A DNA stretch of 64,000 nucleotides. Source: Bispira polyomma (Eukaryota). The translations under genes and the position numbers were made by a program. The stretch is taken from NCBI GenBank assembly GCA_965649765.1, contig OZ287753.1, positions 70,990,001 through 71,054,000 on the forward strand, written 5' to 3'. Position 1 is the first letter of the stretch, and each line of letters starts with the position of its first letter. This document shows, piece by piece, positions 52,418 through 64,000 of this stretch. The notes beneath the pieces are model-generated. The model ran no database searches and was not told where the DNA came from. It saw nothing but the letters and a program-made list of their open reading frames with translations.

Positions 52418-52773
52418 GAGCCAAATAGACCTGGCTGATTTTGCTTCTGAATCTGTCATCTGACGTCCATTTCCGTCATCCGACTCCCAAATTTGCAGAT
52501 ACACTACATCAGAAAAACTGGCCGATTTACGAAAACATTACCTGGGAAACAATGCTGTTTAATACAGAAAAACATCACCAACCCTCACAAAACAATGAAC
52601 TACTAATTCCGATTTATGTCTGTCGTCCAAAAAAATGGGCTCCCGATTTGGATGTGCCGTCGGCCAGGTGTATTCTACTTCTCTATTTTATTATTATTTT
52701 AATATTTTCGGATGTCGGAAAAGGATGTTGGGTGACGGATTCGGAAGCAAAATCGGCCAGGTCTATTCGCCCC
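52418..52773. mobile_element. MITE with ~65-bp TIRs and TTAA/TTTA flanks (Kolobok-like)
   Basis: AATAGACCTGGCTGATTTTGCTTCTGAATCTGTCA at the left and TGACGGATTCGGAAGCAAAATCGGCCAGGTCTATT at the right; purine-purine termini. Confidence 0.8.
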
Positions 52774-53656
52774 TTTACCTTACCATTTACCCCTCGATGG
52801 TGAGCAGTATTATTGACCCTATATCTGTTGGTATAAAGGTGACACTTTATTGGGTGATGTTGACATGTCTGATTGTTAGCTGCAGTATTAACCGTGTGCC
52901 TGTTGGCATATTCTGGTTGGGCAAATGTATAAAAGTAACACTTTGTTGGGAGATGCTGATGTATTTCATTGGCAGCAGTAGTATTGACCCTGTATCTCTT
53001 GGCACATTCACTTATGCTGTGTGGAATCTACTACCTATTCTAAAATTGGTAAATGGTGTGTGAACAACAGTTCCAAGAAAATTTTACCCGTAAAGTTTGC
53101 ATAAACAATTTTTTTTCAAAGCTAAAGGAGTTCAGTCTACAGAAGACATTCCTCACTGTACTAGTCTTTCTTTTTGATTGCATTAGATTCTACATGATAT
53201 ATTTCTCATGGTATTTGGACCATACCCCTTGATCATAAGGTCCACCAAATGACTATAAAAGCAAATCCTAACTACCCAAGACAGATGTATTTGGTATTTG
53301 CCCACAGTCAACCATCCACAGAAGAAGAAATTATACGATATTTGTAAGTTGTTCCCCTCTGTCACCTGTGTGTGTGTTTCAGGCAACGCTAGCCACAATC
53401 TCACAGATGGTGGCAAATGTTACATGACAAGCTCTCTAGACCTTTGCCACCCACTTCACCATCATCAGTCAGCCGAAACTGTGCCAGTTGAGTTATAACA
53501 AAAATTGGCACTAGCCAAGCTAGTGGTAATGATGTTATCACTGTTTGTGTTCTGCCATGCATTTTGAGAGTTTTTTTTTTACAAAACAAGAAAACAAACT
53601 GCTACTAGTATTACTAGCAAAATGAATGTTTTGATGTAGTCCATAAAAGGTCTAAG

Positions 53657-53871
53657 GGGGCCGCAGTGGCCTAGTGGTTAGCAAGCATTGCGCTTCATAA
53701 TCATTGGTCTCTTACCTCTGGGATCGGCTGGGGTGGGTTCGACTCCCCTCGATGCCTATGTCGGAAAGGTGGTAGTTCCTTACCATGGGCCACTGTTTTC
53801 AGTGCAGAACCTTGATCAACTGTATGCAATGTTTCCTCCAGCGTTAAATATCCTAATTCAAAAATAAATAA
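53657..53871 (+). mobile_element. tRNA-derived SINE, same family as 30555-30815
   Basis: High similarity to 30555-30745; TSD ATAAAAGGTCTAAG (53643-53656) and ATAAAAGATCTAAG (53872-53885). Confidence 0.9.
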
Positions 53872-54675
53872 ATAAAAGATCTAAGCCTATACAACAGAAC
53901 TATTCTATTTAATTGACTTATTTCCACTTTCTAAAAGTTCTCTTTTCCTACTGTTTTATACTAAAATTGCTTTTAAATTATATTAACTTTCTATTATAAT
54001 TCAAACAGAACATTTCTCTCCCAAAGTGTAAGGTCCTACTCTACTTTGCAATAAAAAATAGATTGTGACTATATTTTCTGGGTTTAAGAAATAAATTAAA
54101 ACCTATCTCTTAAACTTACTCCCCCTGTACACCTCCACATCCTTCATTATAACCTGGTTTTGTTTTTATGGACTTCTCAATTGGTTAAATGATTCTGCAG
54201 TTGCATTTTAAAAAATTCCTTGCAATTTATAAGACACGTTAAAAATGCAAAATACAATCCTATTCTTCAAGATTGTCTTGTACCTAAATAAAAAGTTTCA
54301 GCAATGCATTTATACTTCACACTAGGCAGGCAGGTTATCTATCTTAGAATGGACTATTCCCGAGCAGTACATGTTCCGGCCATTAACACCTTCACTGAGG
54401 GTAATTACTACACTCCCGACGCATAGACTGCTCTAGTACAAGCCATATAGTGAGCTGAATATGGACACTAGCTAACAGCAGACAGGATTTGTTAATTACA
54501 TTACACACGACAGAACATTCCTTATAATGGAAACGTCCCACTCAGTGAAACAACTATCTGTATCATAATTAGGCATATTCTGACATGGGAAATTCTAGTG
54601 AATATGGAGAGAGAGATTTAATAAAGACCCCAGTGGCTTGGATACATCATGGAGTTAAGTATTTCAAAGTATAAA

Positions 54676-54895
54676 GGTCCCCCGTGGCGTAGGGGTTAGG
54701 GAGTTGGTCTGGTGATATGAAGGTCCCGGATTCGACTCCCGGTAACAGTTTCATTGGTGGGATAACATCCTTTTGCAAACACATGTTTGCCTAAAGGCTT
54801 GGATGATCACTTAAAATGGCAATCCTCTGTCACTGGGTCCTATCACCAGAAGCAGGCTAAAGATCCTTGTGGACATTGATAAATGGTCATCCTCA
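54676..54895 (+). mobile_element. tRNA-derived SINE (second family)
   Basis: A-box GTGGCGTAGGGG, B-box GATTCGACTCC, body shared with 47630-47790 and 50910-51160. Confidence 0.7.
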
Positions 54896-57159
54896 TGTCC
54901 CTCTCTTCAGTTAGAGAGAATGACAGTAACTGAAGCAGTTGACTCTTACAGTCAGGAAAGAATTATGTGCTGATTATAAATACAAATACCAAGGTGACCT
55001 AGTGGTTAGGAGTTGGTTTGGTGATCAGAAGCTCCTTGGTTCGACTCCTGGTAATGATATAAAGGTCATGGTTGGATGGCATCTTTGGGAAAAATGTCAA
55101 CATGTTCTGATATTATGCTTTAGAAGATTCCTGCCATCAATCTCTTCATGTATGAAAATCAGGTGCTACATGTTTTTAATAGGACATCTGATTTCAATAT
55201 TTCTCATAAAATGCATCAAAAGCAATCAGAGATTTATCTTTAACCCAACATTAGGTTGAAATGCTAATACTTTTCCGAACTTATAATTATTATGAAGCAA
55301 TTTCTTAATCTAAACACGCTGCTATGTGTAGAATGTTGTTGTCAAATATTTTTTAGTCTGGATTCTCATATGATTATTATTATTTAGATTCTACCCTTAG
55401 TTACAAAACTGAAGCGACTGAAGAGTTAGTGGCTTAAATAATCACCTATACTAATCAAGATATTCCTACTAATTGTGTGGTCGATGTTACAAAAGAGAAG
55501 CAGACCACTGCTTCCCCAAGGCTTCCTCTAAAATCCTATTAGACATGCAAAGCTACCATTTGCAGCAGTTCTGTGTTATATAGCAGTTCATCAAATGACC
55601 AACACATTTGATGTCTGTCCAAGGTTGAAAATAATACATGGACTTATTGCATTTCTTTTCTTTTTTTGTTCATTAGTTGCAGTTGTTACACTAGCTAGTG
55701 TACTAATGACACTACAGTAAGTGAGTCCAACTGCCAATTCTAATTTGTATTCAAAGCATATCCCTATTAAAATTTATACTCATTCATCTACATTTGTATT
55801 GTATTCAAAGTGCTGTAGAGCCGGCTTTTGATGATAACTATTTGTCAGCATCCCTGATATTCTTTAACCTGCCACTGTGGATAGAAACCAATGGCAGATG
55901 ATTGCCAAGTAATCCACTATGTGTATCTGCGATTAGTTCCAAATCCTCTGTGTTGAGAAGTCTTGATATAGCAATATCACTTGCACCTACAGTCTCGGCC
56001 GAGGAAAGTTGTTTGCAGTTCAGACCTCTTGACTAGCTACTTATCTCTAGTGGGCTAGTGGTTAGAGAGTTAGTCTGGTGATCAGAAGGTTCTCAGGTCT
56101 ACTTCCACTGGGGAAGTTGATCGGGTAATCGGAAGGTCCCCGGGTCAACATCTGCTGATACCGTAAGGTTCAGTGGTAAGATAACATCATTGGGCAAGAT
56201 GTGAACACGCCATAACCTACTGATAATGACTCAGGCCATGTTGCAGGATTATTCCTTTTGAAGAATAAGCGCCTTAGAGAATGATACATCATGACACTGA
56301 GGTTAAACTAAAAAATTAGGTACACGAAATAGCTGGGAAAATGTAATTAGTTGAAAGTATTGGCTGTCAAGGCAGATTTCAAAGTCACTTTTCAAAATGG
56401 AATTCTGACTGAGCTAATTTAGCTATACTCTGCAAAGTTCGTGATTACCTCTGAATGGCTTTCTCTAGAATAACTCCATGTAAATAACTGTACTAAATTA
56501 GAAGAGACTAAGGCACAGTTACTTTTTAAAAATATAGCTTCACAGTGATGCAAAAGGCTATGTTCTCAAAGGTATTTCTAGTTGTTAGTTTTTAATACAT
56601 GAAAAGCTGACGCAGTGTTGTAAAGATAAGTAAACTGTATATAAAAATAAATTACAAAAGGGATGTACACTAATGTAGGATGAATTCTACAACTATCAAA
56701 GAGCCTTTTAAAAGTACTGTCAAGATAGTTGGCAGCTGGATCTAATGGTTAAGAGGGGTTTATTGCCCCAGAAAGTCACTAGAGCCAGCAGTCACTAGAG
56801 CCATATATCTGGATATGATGTAATAGCAAGGTATAGGTAAGCTCTATGTCTATGAACAGGCTATTCATTTAATCACCTCTGTCAAGAAGATATGCACTTT
56901 ACTGGGTGGCATACTAGTCCTTATATTTTGTTCTTTGTCAGTGGTTATACAAATGAGTACTTTGTTGTATTGAGCACTCACAAAAAACTTGCTATTTTTA
57001 AGTTATTTTTATACTAAGTTCAGCATCACGTCTAAAACAATCGGGTTGAACAATAATGATTTACCTTGTTTTCTGAATCTTTTTACATATATTTTGTAAT
57101 AGTCTGTGTATCTGGAAAGAAAGTCCTCTGTTGTTAACTTCTATCTGTTGTGATGTGAT

Positions 57160-57375
57160 GTGGTGGCCTAGTGGTTATAATATCACTGGCGCCTCAGCTC
57201 TGAGCATATGGGGGAATCAACTCAAATCCCATTACTTCCTTCATGTGGGGAAGTTTGCCAGGTACTTGCCATAGGTTGGTAATGGTTTCCAGTAAATAAA
57301 AAGTACTGGTTTCGTCCACAAATAAATCTGTCGCCACAATAGAACCAAAGTGGCGTAAAACCCTAAATAAATTTA
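57160..57375 (+). mobile_element. Degenerate SINE
   Basis: GTGGCCTAGTGG head, CATGTGGGGAAGTTTGCCAG core, GGCGTAAAACCCTAAATAAA tail. Confidence 0.6.
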
Positions 57376-60300
57376 AATTCTATCGGTTGTAATCTAAGGA
57401 AGAAACTTTGCTAAAAAGCCTTACTAAAGTTTTAATTTTTAGTAAAGTTTAGGGAAATCGAAGTTACAAGTTGGATATGTACTACTGTAAGTCAGAGAAA
57501 GATTAATGACTACATTGAATCCCTGAACATGGGAGATGCTGCATTGAGTATAAATTGGAATAGCAATACATGTATACTCAGCATTTGCAAAGTGTTCAAG
57601 AATTGCCTGCATGTCTTGGTGGGTTATGTAGAGCTGTAGTATTGATTTTCTAGGTTATCTTTGCTCTATTTTTTTATCAAACATCTTAGCCAACTACATT
57701 AGGCTATTCCCCAGGCGGAATACCTACATTAAAAGTTAATTTCACTGTCTTTGTAAAGAACTGTCAAGCAAAGGCCTATTGTCTCGTTCTGTGAAAAGTA
57801 AAGAATAGCACCAGAAGGGAACTCAGTCGAGTGCATCTCTCAGCCAAGGTGCAACAAACAAATATATTCCTTTGTCCAGCCTTTTACGCAGACCCGCTCC
57901 AATTTTATTTTGGATTTCGCCTTGCTCTATTTCTTATGCGACATGAATTTTTATGTAATAAATCGGTTTAGTAGTATTTGTGTTGTGCAAACAAACCACT
58001 GGACACCAATTAAAACATCATCTTTTTGGCAGAGGTAACGATATATATAACCAACTGTCAAGTTATTTGCTTTAGGGGAATTTAATATACAAAAATGTAA
58101 TACAAGTACATGTATATAGAAATGTTGATGCATTTGTGCTTGCCCCCAAATTGTGGAACTCATTACCTTTCAAAAAATAGACAAAATCGATGACTTCAAA
58201 AAGAACCTAAAAACCTTCTTATTCAATCAGAGCTACTGTAAGCGCTTTAAATAGACCTCCTAATAAAGCGCTATATAAATAGTATAATGTGATGTAATGT
58301 AATATTATTAGAAATTATTAAAGCATTCATCTCTTTTAAGAATTTGAATTCATACTTTAAGGTCACAGATTAAAACATTTCATTTTTATTTGATTTTTGC
58401 CTCCAAAAGAATGTTCAAGAATCTGTTTTTATTTCAGGTTTTCTCCCAACAATATAGACAATGAGTAGATGTAAATTAACGGCAGCATAACATTTCAGTA
58501 AGCTATGCCAAAACCCCTGCTGAAAACATGACAGCAGGTGAAAGGTCAACAGAAAGCTCAAAAGGTCATGAACAAAAGAAAATACTTATTTGAGGATATT
58601 TATAATTTCAAGTCGATTTCCGTACTGTCTTCAAATGTATTATCACCATGATACCCGTGCATTAGCACCACCCCAAAAACACTAAACAACTGATTGTGTG
58701 TTTCTTACAAATAAATGTTTGACACTAAACTGAGCTTCCTGAAATTACAGAAAAGTATAAAAGGCATCATCCATGGTGATAATACTGCACCGGTCAATAA
58801 TAGCTTGACCAGCAGAATAATGTTTATAATACTAATTCTAAACTGTTTCATTTCACATATCAATTTGGCACCACAATGTGACCTTAAATATGTTTTTAAC
58901 TTAAGGTAAATAGATTAAGGTAGCTATAACTTACTAATATGTAATATCATGAATACTTTCATTTCATATTATATCAATTCTGCACCACAATGTGATCATA
59001 AATATATTTTACTTGAATAGATGCAGGTAGCCATAACTTAGGTAAAATATTGCAGTGCTCTTTTTGTCGTGAAGAATGTACAAGAATATGTAAAATTCTA
59101 CTAGTTTTAGTCATATTCTCCCAAAGGCAAATCTGCAATGAGTGTGACATGAAAACTAAAAGGCAGGATGACATTTGTTTTTAACCTCTAGCCATAACGA
59201 TAGCTATCAAGGATGTCTACTCCAATATAAAGCCATTGAGCTGTCATGACAATCTGGACTATTATAGCCGGAAATAAGATCACTGGAGAAAAGGAATTTC
59301 TTATAGTGGCACAAGGGTTTGGTGTGTCTACGTTATCGCCATCATATTTAAAAAAACTTGTTTAAATGGCAAAATTGTTGTGCAGAATTTTTTAATGGTG
59401 TAATAATATTTTCCAAAGAATATACAATGTTATGGTTACTAAACAGTTACTTCATCTCATTCAATGACAATTATAAAGTACATGTATAGCATATGTCATA
59501 TAGTAAAATACTGTACATTTGTAGCATAAAATTCACTGTTATTAATTGTTACTACTGGCTAGGTCATTACAAAATTTTGTTTATTCTCTGGAATCTTGTC
59601 ATTTTTCACTACTCAGCATCATATCAAAGATCTTATTTTGTGGTAATAAAAGCTACAAATATGTCATACAATAAACTTTACAAAAAAAATCTTGGTTAGA
59701 ATTTCCTTACCTTTGCAATATCCAACCCTTCTATAAAAGAATTGAGTACATGTTATCCTTGCCTTATTTTAAAAGTGCAGTATTCTATGTGTTGTTTGTG
59801 TGTTTGTTTTGCCCTTTTTTCTATATGTAATTTATTTGAGTACATACCCCTTAGAGAATAACCCTGGGGAACCTTTAGTCTTATAGTCCTGGATTGAGAT
59901 AGTTGTAAATCAATCTACATCCAAATATTTAGGATGAGCCTAGAAGCATCTGTTGTTCATTTTTCACAGAAAAAAAATATTACTGCTTGTAGCATTGGGA
60001 TTAATTACATCAGAAACAGAAATGATGTGACTTGAACCTGTCTGACATTCGTTTACAAAGAAGATAGAATTACCTTGTTCTATTTGTATCAGAGTTATAA
60101 AAAGAAATTGATATTTCTAAACACACACAAAAAAAAAAAAATACATTCTTTAATATATCTTAAAGAAGCTGATGTGAAAATACCCTGAATTGTTGGGTTG
60201 ATTTGGTTTGTAGTGTTATTACCTTTTTAAACGAGAAAGATACTTTAAATTAATGAAGCTACACAACAGTCAATACTTCAATGCATGCTATCAACCACAA

Positions 60301-61451
60301 CTAATCTACCATATGTTTGTGTGTGAAAACTGTATATGTAAGATACTTTATTATATTGGTCTTTTAATGAATAAACCATCTTATATAGGGCAGAGACATA
60401 GATCTAAAGCATTTGGCTAAGTTATTACTGTTCAACTACTCTTTATTCAGTTAAATTTGACTTTAATTAATTATTTCTGTTTACTCTGTTTTAGATGATT
60501 ATATTTCTAGTTGAACAATGCACTCATGCAGGTTTTATACTGTTATAAAAAAGTTCCTTACTTCTCCTCAAACCCTGGTCTTGCTTTGAGCTCAAGTTTT
60601 GCAAAAAGCTTCATTAGATTTAGACTTTACTTTTGGTGAACCACTGTATGACTGCACTTTACACAGTTACCATTTTGTTCCAAAACTGTCAACACTAGTT
60701 TTTTTTTAAAACTGGCAGCTTCTTCATTTTATTCCAAAAGTGAAACCATTCAGGCGGGTATTTATTGTAGAAATAATAATGCCCTCATGAAAGGAATTCA
60801 ATTTGAAGAACAGTACTCTTAGAATGAGGTCATTCCTTACCAGAAGTAGATTTCTTAATTCCTGGGATTTTTTTTAAAGCAGCCTATTTATAAAAATTAA
60901 TATACGATATACATATATTGGTTATTGACAACTGGTCCAATGTATAAGTATAACAAGTATTTTAAACATAAATTGCTTAAGAAATTATGGAAGATTAATT
61001 CATTGTATTCTATGTATATAGTGAACTGTATCAACTACTGTAATAAATTATATCCAGATTTATTAGTTAGTGGAGCACATGTTGTTATTTGAACTGTTTT
61101 ACAGCAGTTAATGTCCACTGACAGCTAAGGTCTAAAGAATATAATCGTTTATATCTTTTAGGACATAAATACTGTGGTTTAGGAAACAAAATGACACACA
61201 GAATTGATCCTATATTGATTAAACTATTAAAAAGAAATCTTTATATTTAACTGTCTGTAGACCACAAGATGTGTTATTCGTGTGGGATATAGATGCATAA
61301 AATACAGATTCCTTAAAATTCTATTTTTTACTTAATTATTTTTTTTGAGGGGGGGGGGGGGGTTAGAGGGGAAAGGGTGTACATAAAATTAAAGCCCTTG
61401 GCGAGGCTACTAAATCCCTCTTACAACTTACAATTTGTGTTCTCTGTTCAG

Positions 61452-61562
61452 ACAATCCTGGTTGGAGACAGTGGGGTGGGAAAGACATCTCTACTGGTTC
61501 AGTTTGACCAAGGCAAGTTCCAAACTGGATCATTTGCAGCAACAGTCGGAATTGGATTCACC
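61452..61562 (+). CDS. RAB37: Rab26/Rab37-like GTPase, P-loop/switch I exon (TILVGDSGVGKTSLLVQFDQGKFQTGSFAATVGIGFT)
   Basis: Acceptor TTCTCTGTTCAG|, donor |GTAAGT, 111 nt, phase 0/0; G1 box GDSGVGKT and G2 Thr. Closely matches the RAB37 alternative exon as I recall it; invertebrate genes are co-orthologous to RAB26 and RAB37. Confidence 0.9.
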
Positions 61563-62330
61563 GTAAGTATAAAGTTATATTTTAAAGGCAGGACTTGTTT
61601 TCTAGCTTGTAATTATTCCAAGTATATATTACTAAAAAAGGGTGACTACTCCTTAAACTAAATTATTATACTATACTGGCTATACTTTAACACATGAATG
61701 AAAAATACCTGCCAGATACAATTTATTGTTGGCATTGTCATTTGTTTACAGAGGCTTAACTAACAAGTATAAAAAAGAACGTCTTAATGGTGACCTAAGT
61801 ACGATCAACCATATTGTATATTGACATTTCAAGAATATACAAATGAAATTTCGTTGAAAGGATGCAAATAAGGCCATTATAAAGTGATGCTTTAACTCAT
61901 GTTTTTAACCACATGGCAATTTATTTGTGAATTAGAATAACCAGGCGTGTTACCATTCAATAATTTATTAATTTATCAGACATTTCCGTGAAAAAACCCT
62001 TACACATGCAATCAATATTTGGTTATCATTTTTGTACATAGAGATACAACACGTAGATTTTAAAAGTACTAGGTAGTGAGTTTAATTATAACTTAAAGAC
62101 ATTCAGTACAGCTTATTGGGTTTAGTTGTCAACAGTATACCGCATTTAGAATACAACGCCAGGCACTAAGCTACTTTCGCGGATAAATATTTATGACAAC
62201 TCTAGTTTTGACAGATTTCAATATTTAGATTTATATTTTCACAACACCCTCGTTCAATACCGAATTTTCCAAGTTTTGGAGTTTATTCACTGGGTGGCGC
62301 TGACACCTCATAAATGGAATTCCCAACGAT

Positions 62331-62340
62331 CTGACGTCAG
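62331..62340. promoter_or_regulatory. Full palindromic CRE (CTGACGTCAG) ~115 bp upstream of exon 1b ATG
   Basis: Perfect TGACGTCA in otherwise CpG-poor DNA, directly upstream of a candidate first exon. Confidence 0.5.
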
Positions 62341-62453
62341 AGGTATTCCCTACACAGGAAAAACAAAACTTGTTGGATTATTGTGGAGGTGTGTTTGTGA
62401 CTGTTGGATACAAAATGTGTTTTGTGTGATGTGATTGAGCTGAGGATACAACA

Positions 62454-62564
62454 ATGAAGGGTGACAAAAAGGACAGAAAACAGAATGGATACTATGGATC
62501 TGAAACGAACGGTTTGACAACACGCCAATATGGAAGTAGTGACTTTTTCGACTTTGCCTGCAAG
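62454..62564 (+). CDS. Rab26/Rab37-like GTPase, alternative first coding exon b (MKGDKKDRKQNGYYGSETNGLTTRQYGSSDFFDFACK)
   Basis: ACAATG start, 111 nt, ends AAG|GTGAGT (phase 0). DFFDFACK resembles the D-F-Y-D-x-A-F-K stretch that precedes the P-loop strand in Rab26. Confidence 0.75.
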
Positions 62565-64000
62565 GTGAGTTGTGTTCAACATATGTATGTGTGGGTGTCA
62601 AATGTTGTTTACAAACACCAACATACTGTACACGAATATTGGGTATCACTAAAAATGTGTTTATACCTCAAGTATCATCACTAGTTGATGTTTTTATATA
62701 GCACAGGGAACCCAATAGATATTTTTAAGAATAAATGTTTGGACAAATTTATACTTCACATAAGTGTGAATTTCAAGTATTTTTAGATATAATTTTTTTT
62801 TTAACGCACCTGCTATTTTTTGTGTCCTCATCATTGAATCTGATCCTTGTAAGTTACAGCTAGGCCTAGCTCCCTGTCGTAGAGTACTCACCCTCAAGAC
62901 TGAGTTTTCTGTCACCAATAGACGGCTAACTTATTGCTAGATTCTGATCCCTTGAACCTGATCCTTATAAGTTACAGGCATCAATGTTGTAGGGCAATCA
63001 CTTTTCCCTCCAGACCAAGCTTTCAGAAAGGTATTTCTCCTAAATAACCTCCCACTTTTGCAGTTGTTCATACAAATTTCGACTCCGAGATGCATCTAGT
63101 AACGTTGACGATATACTTGCTGAATGCTGGTGGTTTACGGCAGAGAAATATTTACCAATTCACCTGTAGAGGTATATATTTCTCCCAATCCCATGAGGTT
63201 CACTTAATTTAAAGCCTTAATTAAAGGGTGTAACTAAACTTAGATTTCTAAGTATGTGAAAATGGTTTAACTAATTCAAATTTAGTTAATTGTTAGACAT
63301 TAAAGCATATATAGATGCTTAACTTGAAGAGTAAAAGGTTGGCAAATATATTTTGGTGTCATATTTTGATGGATTCAGAATCCGTTATATTCCACCATAT
63401 ACAGTGTTGTCCCTTTCTGTCAAACCTTAAAGGACCAGCAGGAAACCTATATTTATGCAGGAGTTCCACTTGACATGGTATCTTTAAAGGGGGAAAAAGC
63501 CCTTGTGTGAATATAAATTTTTTATACATAAAAGGGCTTATTCTGTTTTATTCTGTGTATAAGAACTGTGAATTTTACAGGTTGTAATGTATAAAAATAA
63601 TTGACCCAAGTTGGTAGGGTCATCCTCTATAATTAAGGGACTAAGTTGTCTTATGATTTATGTTATGAGGCCAGGCAGGCTATATTGTAACATCAAATAC
63701 ATATTGATCAAACTGGGCAGCTTTTGATCACTGGAGCAGGAAATGTTTGTGTCAACTAGAGCTGTCCCATCATCTGTCAATGTCCAATCAGTCCTGTCAT
63801 CTATTATATTGGTCTTCAGTCATCTCTGACATTTAATAATCTCTTGCTGAAATGCTAAAAATGAGAAAAACAACACATAATGCTCTAAAGATATTAACAA
63901 AATATAATAAGTTGATCAACTTGATCGGCTTCATCTGACATTTGTCATTGTGACTGTTTTTTTGTTGTTAGAATACTGGTATGCATTGTATTTCTTACCG

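Larger units (their letters stand above)
47830..59325. repeat. Old direct tandem duplication (~47830-52330 vs ~52830-59325)
   Basis: Colinear blocks 48150-48260/53940-54050, 48550-48720/54435-54600, 49080-49230/55610-55745, 49700-49920/56390-56610, 51800-51980/57575-57720, 52190-52320/59210-59325. Confidence 0.8.

Noticed and set aside
54676-54750. tRNA gene candidates (also 30555, 53657, 54990, 56050, 57160)
   Set aside because: A and B boxes are present, but there is no clean cloverleaf and each continues into a shared body and tail, some with TSDs. These are SINE heads.
61377-61661. 94-aa single-exon GTPase ORF
   Set aside because: Only 61452-61562 is Rab-like and bounded by splice sites; the rest is intron read-through. 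The same applies to 62565-62684.
62565-64000. Second P-loop exon (2b) of the Rab gene
   Set aside because: No GDSGVGKT-coding sequence found by eye; presumably beyond the window.

Overview
AT-rich animal genomic DNA, probably a marine invertebrate (mollusc-like repeat content); nothing prokaryotic. From left to right: (1) the 5' half of a degenerate Gypsy LTR retrotransposon on the minus strand (1-~4408), with LTR, tRNA-His primer-binding site, gag, protease and the start of RT. (2) A structurally complete but mutated tyrosine-recombinase (YR) retrotransposon of the Ngaro/PAT type (6899-13898, minus) with split direct repeats A1-ORFs-B1-A2-spacer-B2. (3) An intact single-coding-exon alpha-1,3-fucosyltransferase (GT10, 14981-16195), faced by an inverted, truncated duplicate of its own 5' region (17594-~19710); the duplicate preserves the empty pre-insertion site of the YR element. 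(4) A second, decayed YR retrotransposon (~19900-22590) plus an opposite-strand B-repeat-like block. (5) The 5' part of a Rab26/Rab37 gene on the plus strand: exon 1a (26592-26687), a ~34.8-kb intron made of old direct and inverted segmental duplications, SINEs, MITEs and a LINE, the P-loop exon 2a (61452-61562), and a second alternative first exon 1b (62454-62564). The most notable inferences are an in-frame, phase-matched splice that would fuse the gag N-terminus to the recombinase, an array of GGTNACC palindromes in the terminal B repeat, and alternative Rab cassettes that would swap the P-loop/switch I region. All alignments were done by eye, so boundaries of diverged repeats are approximate.
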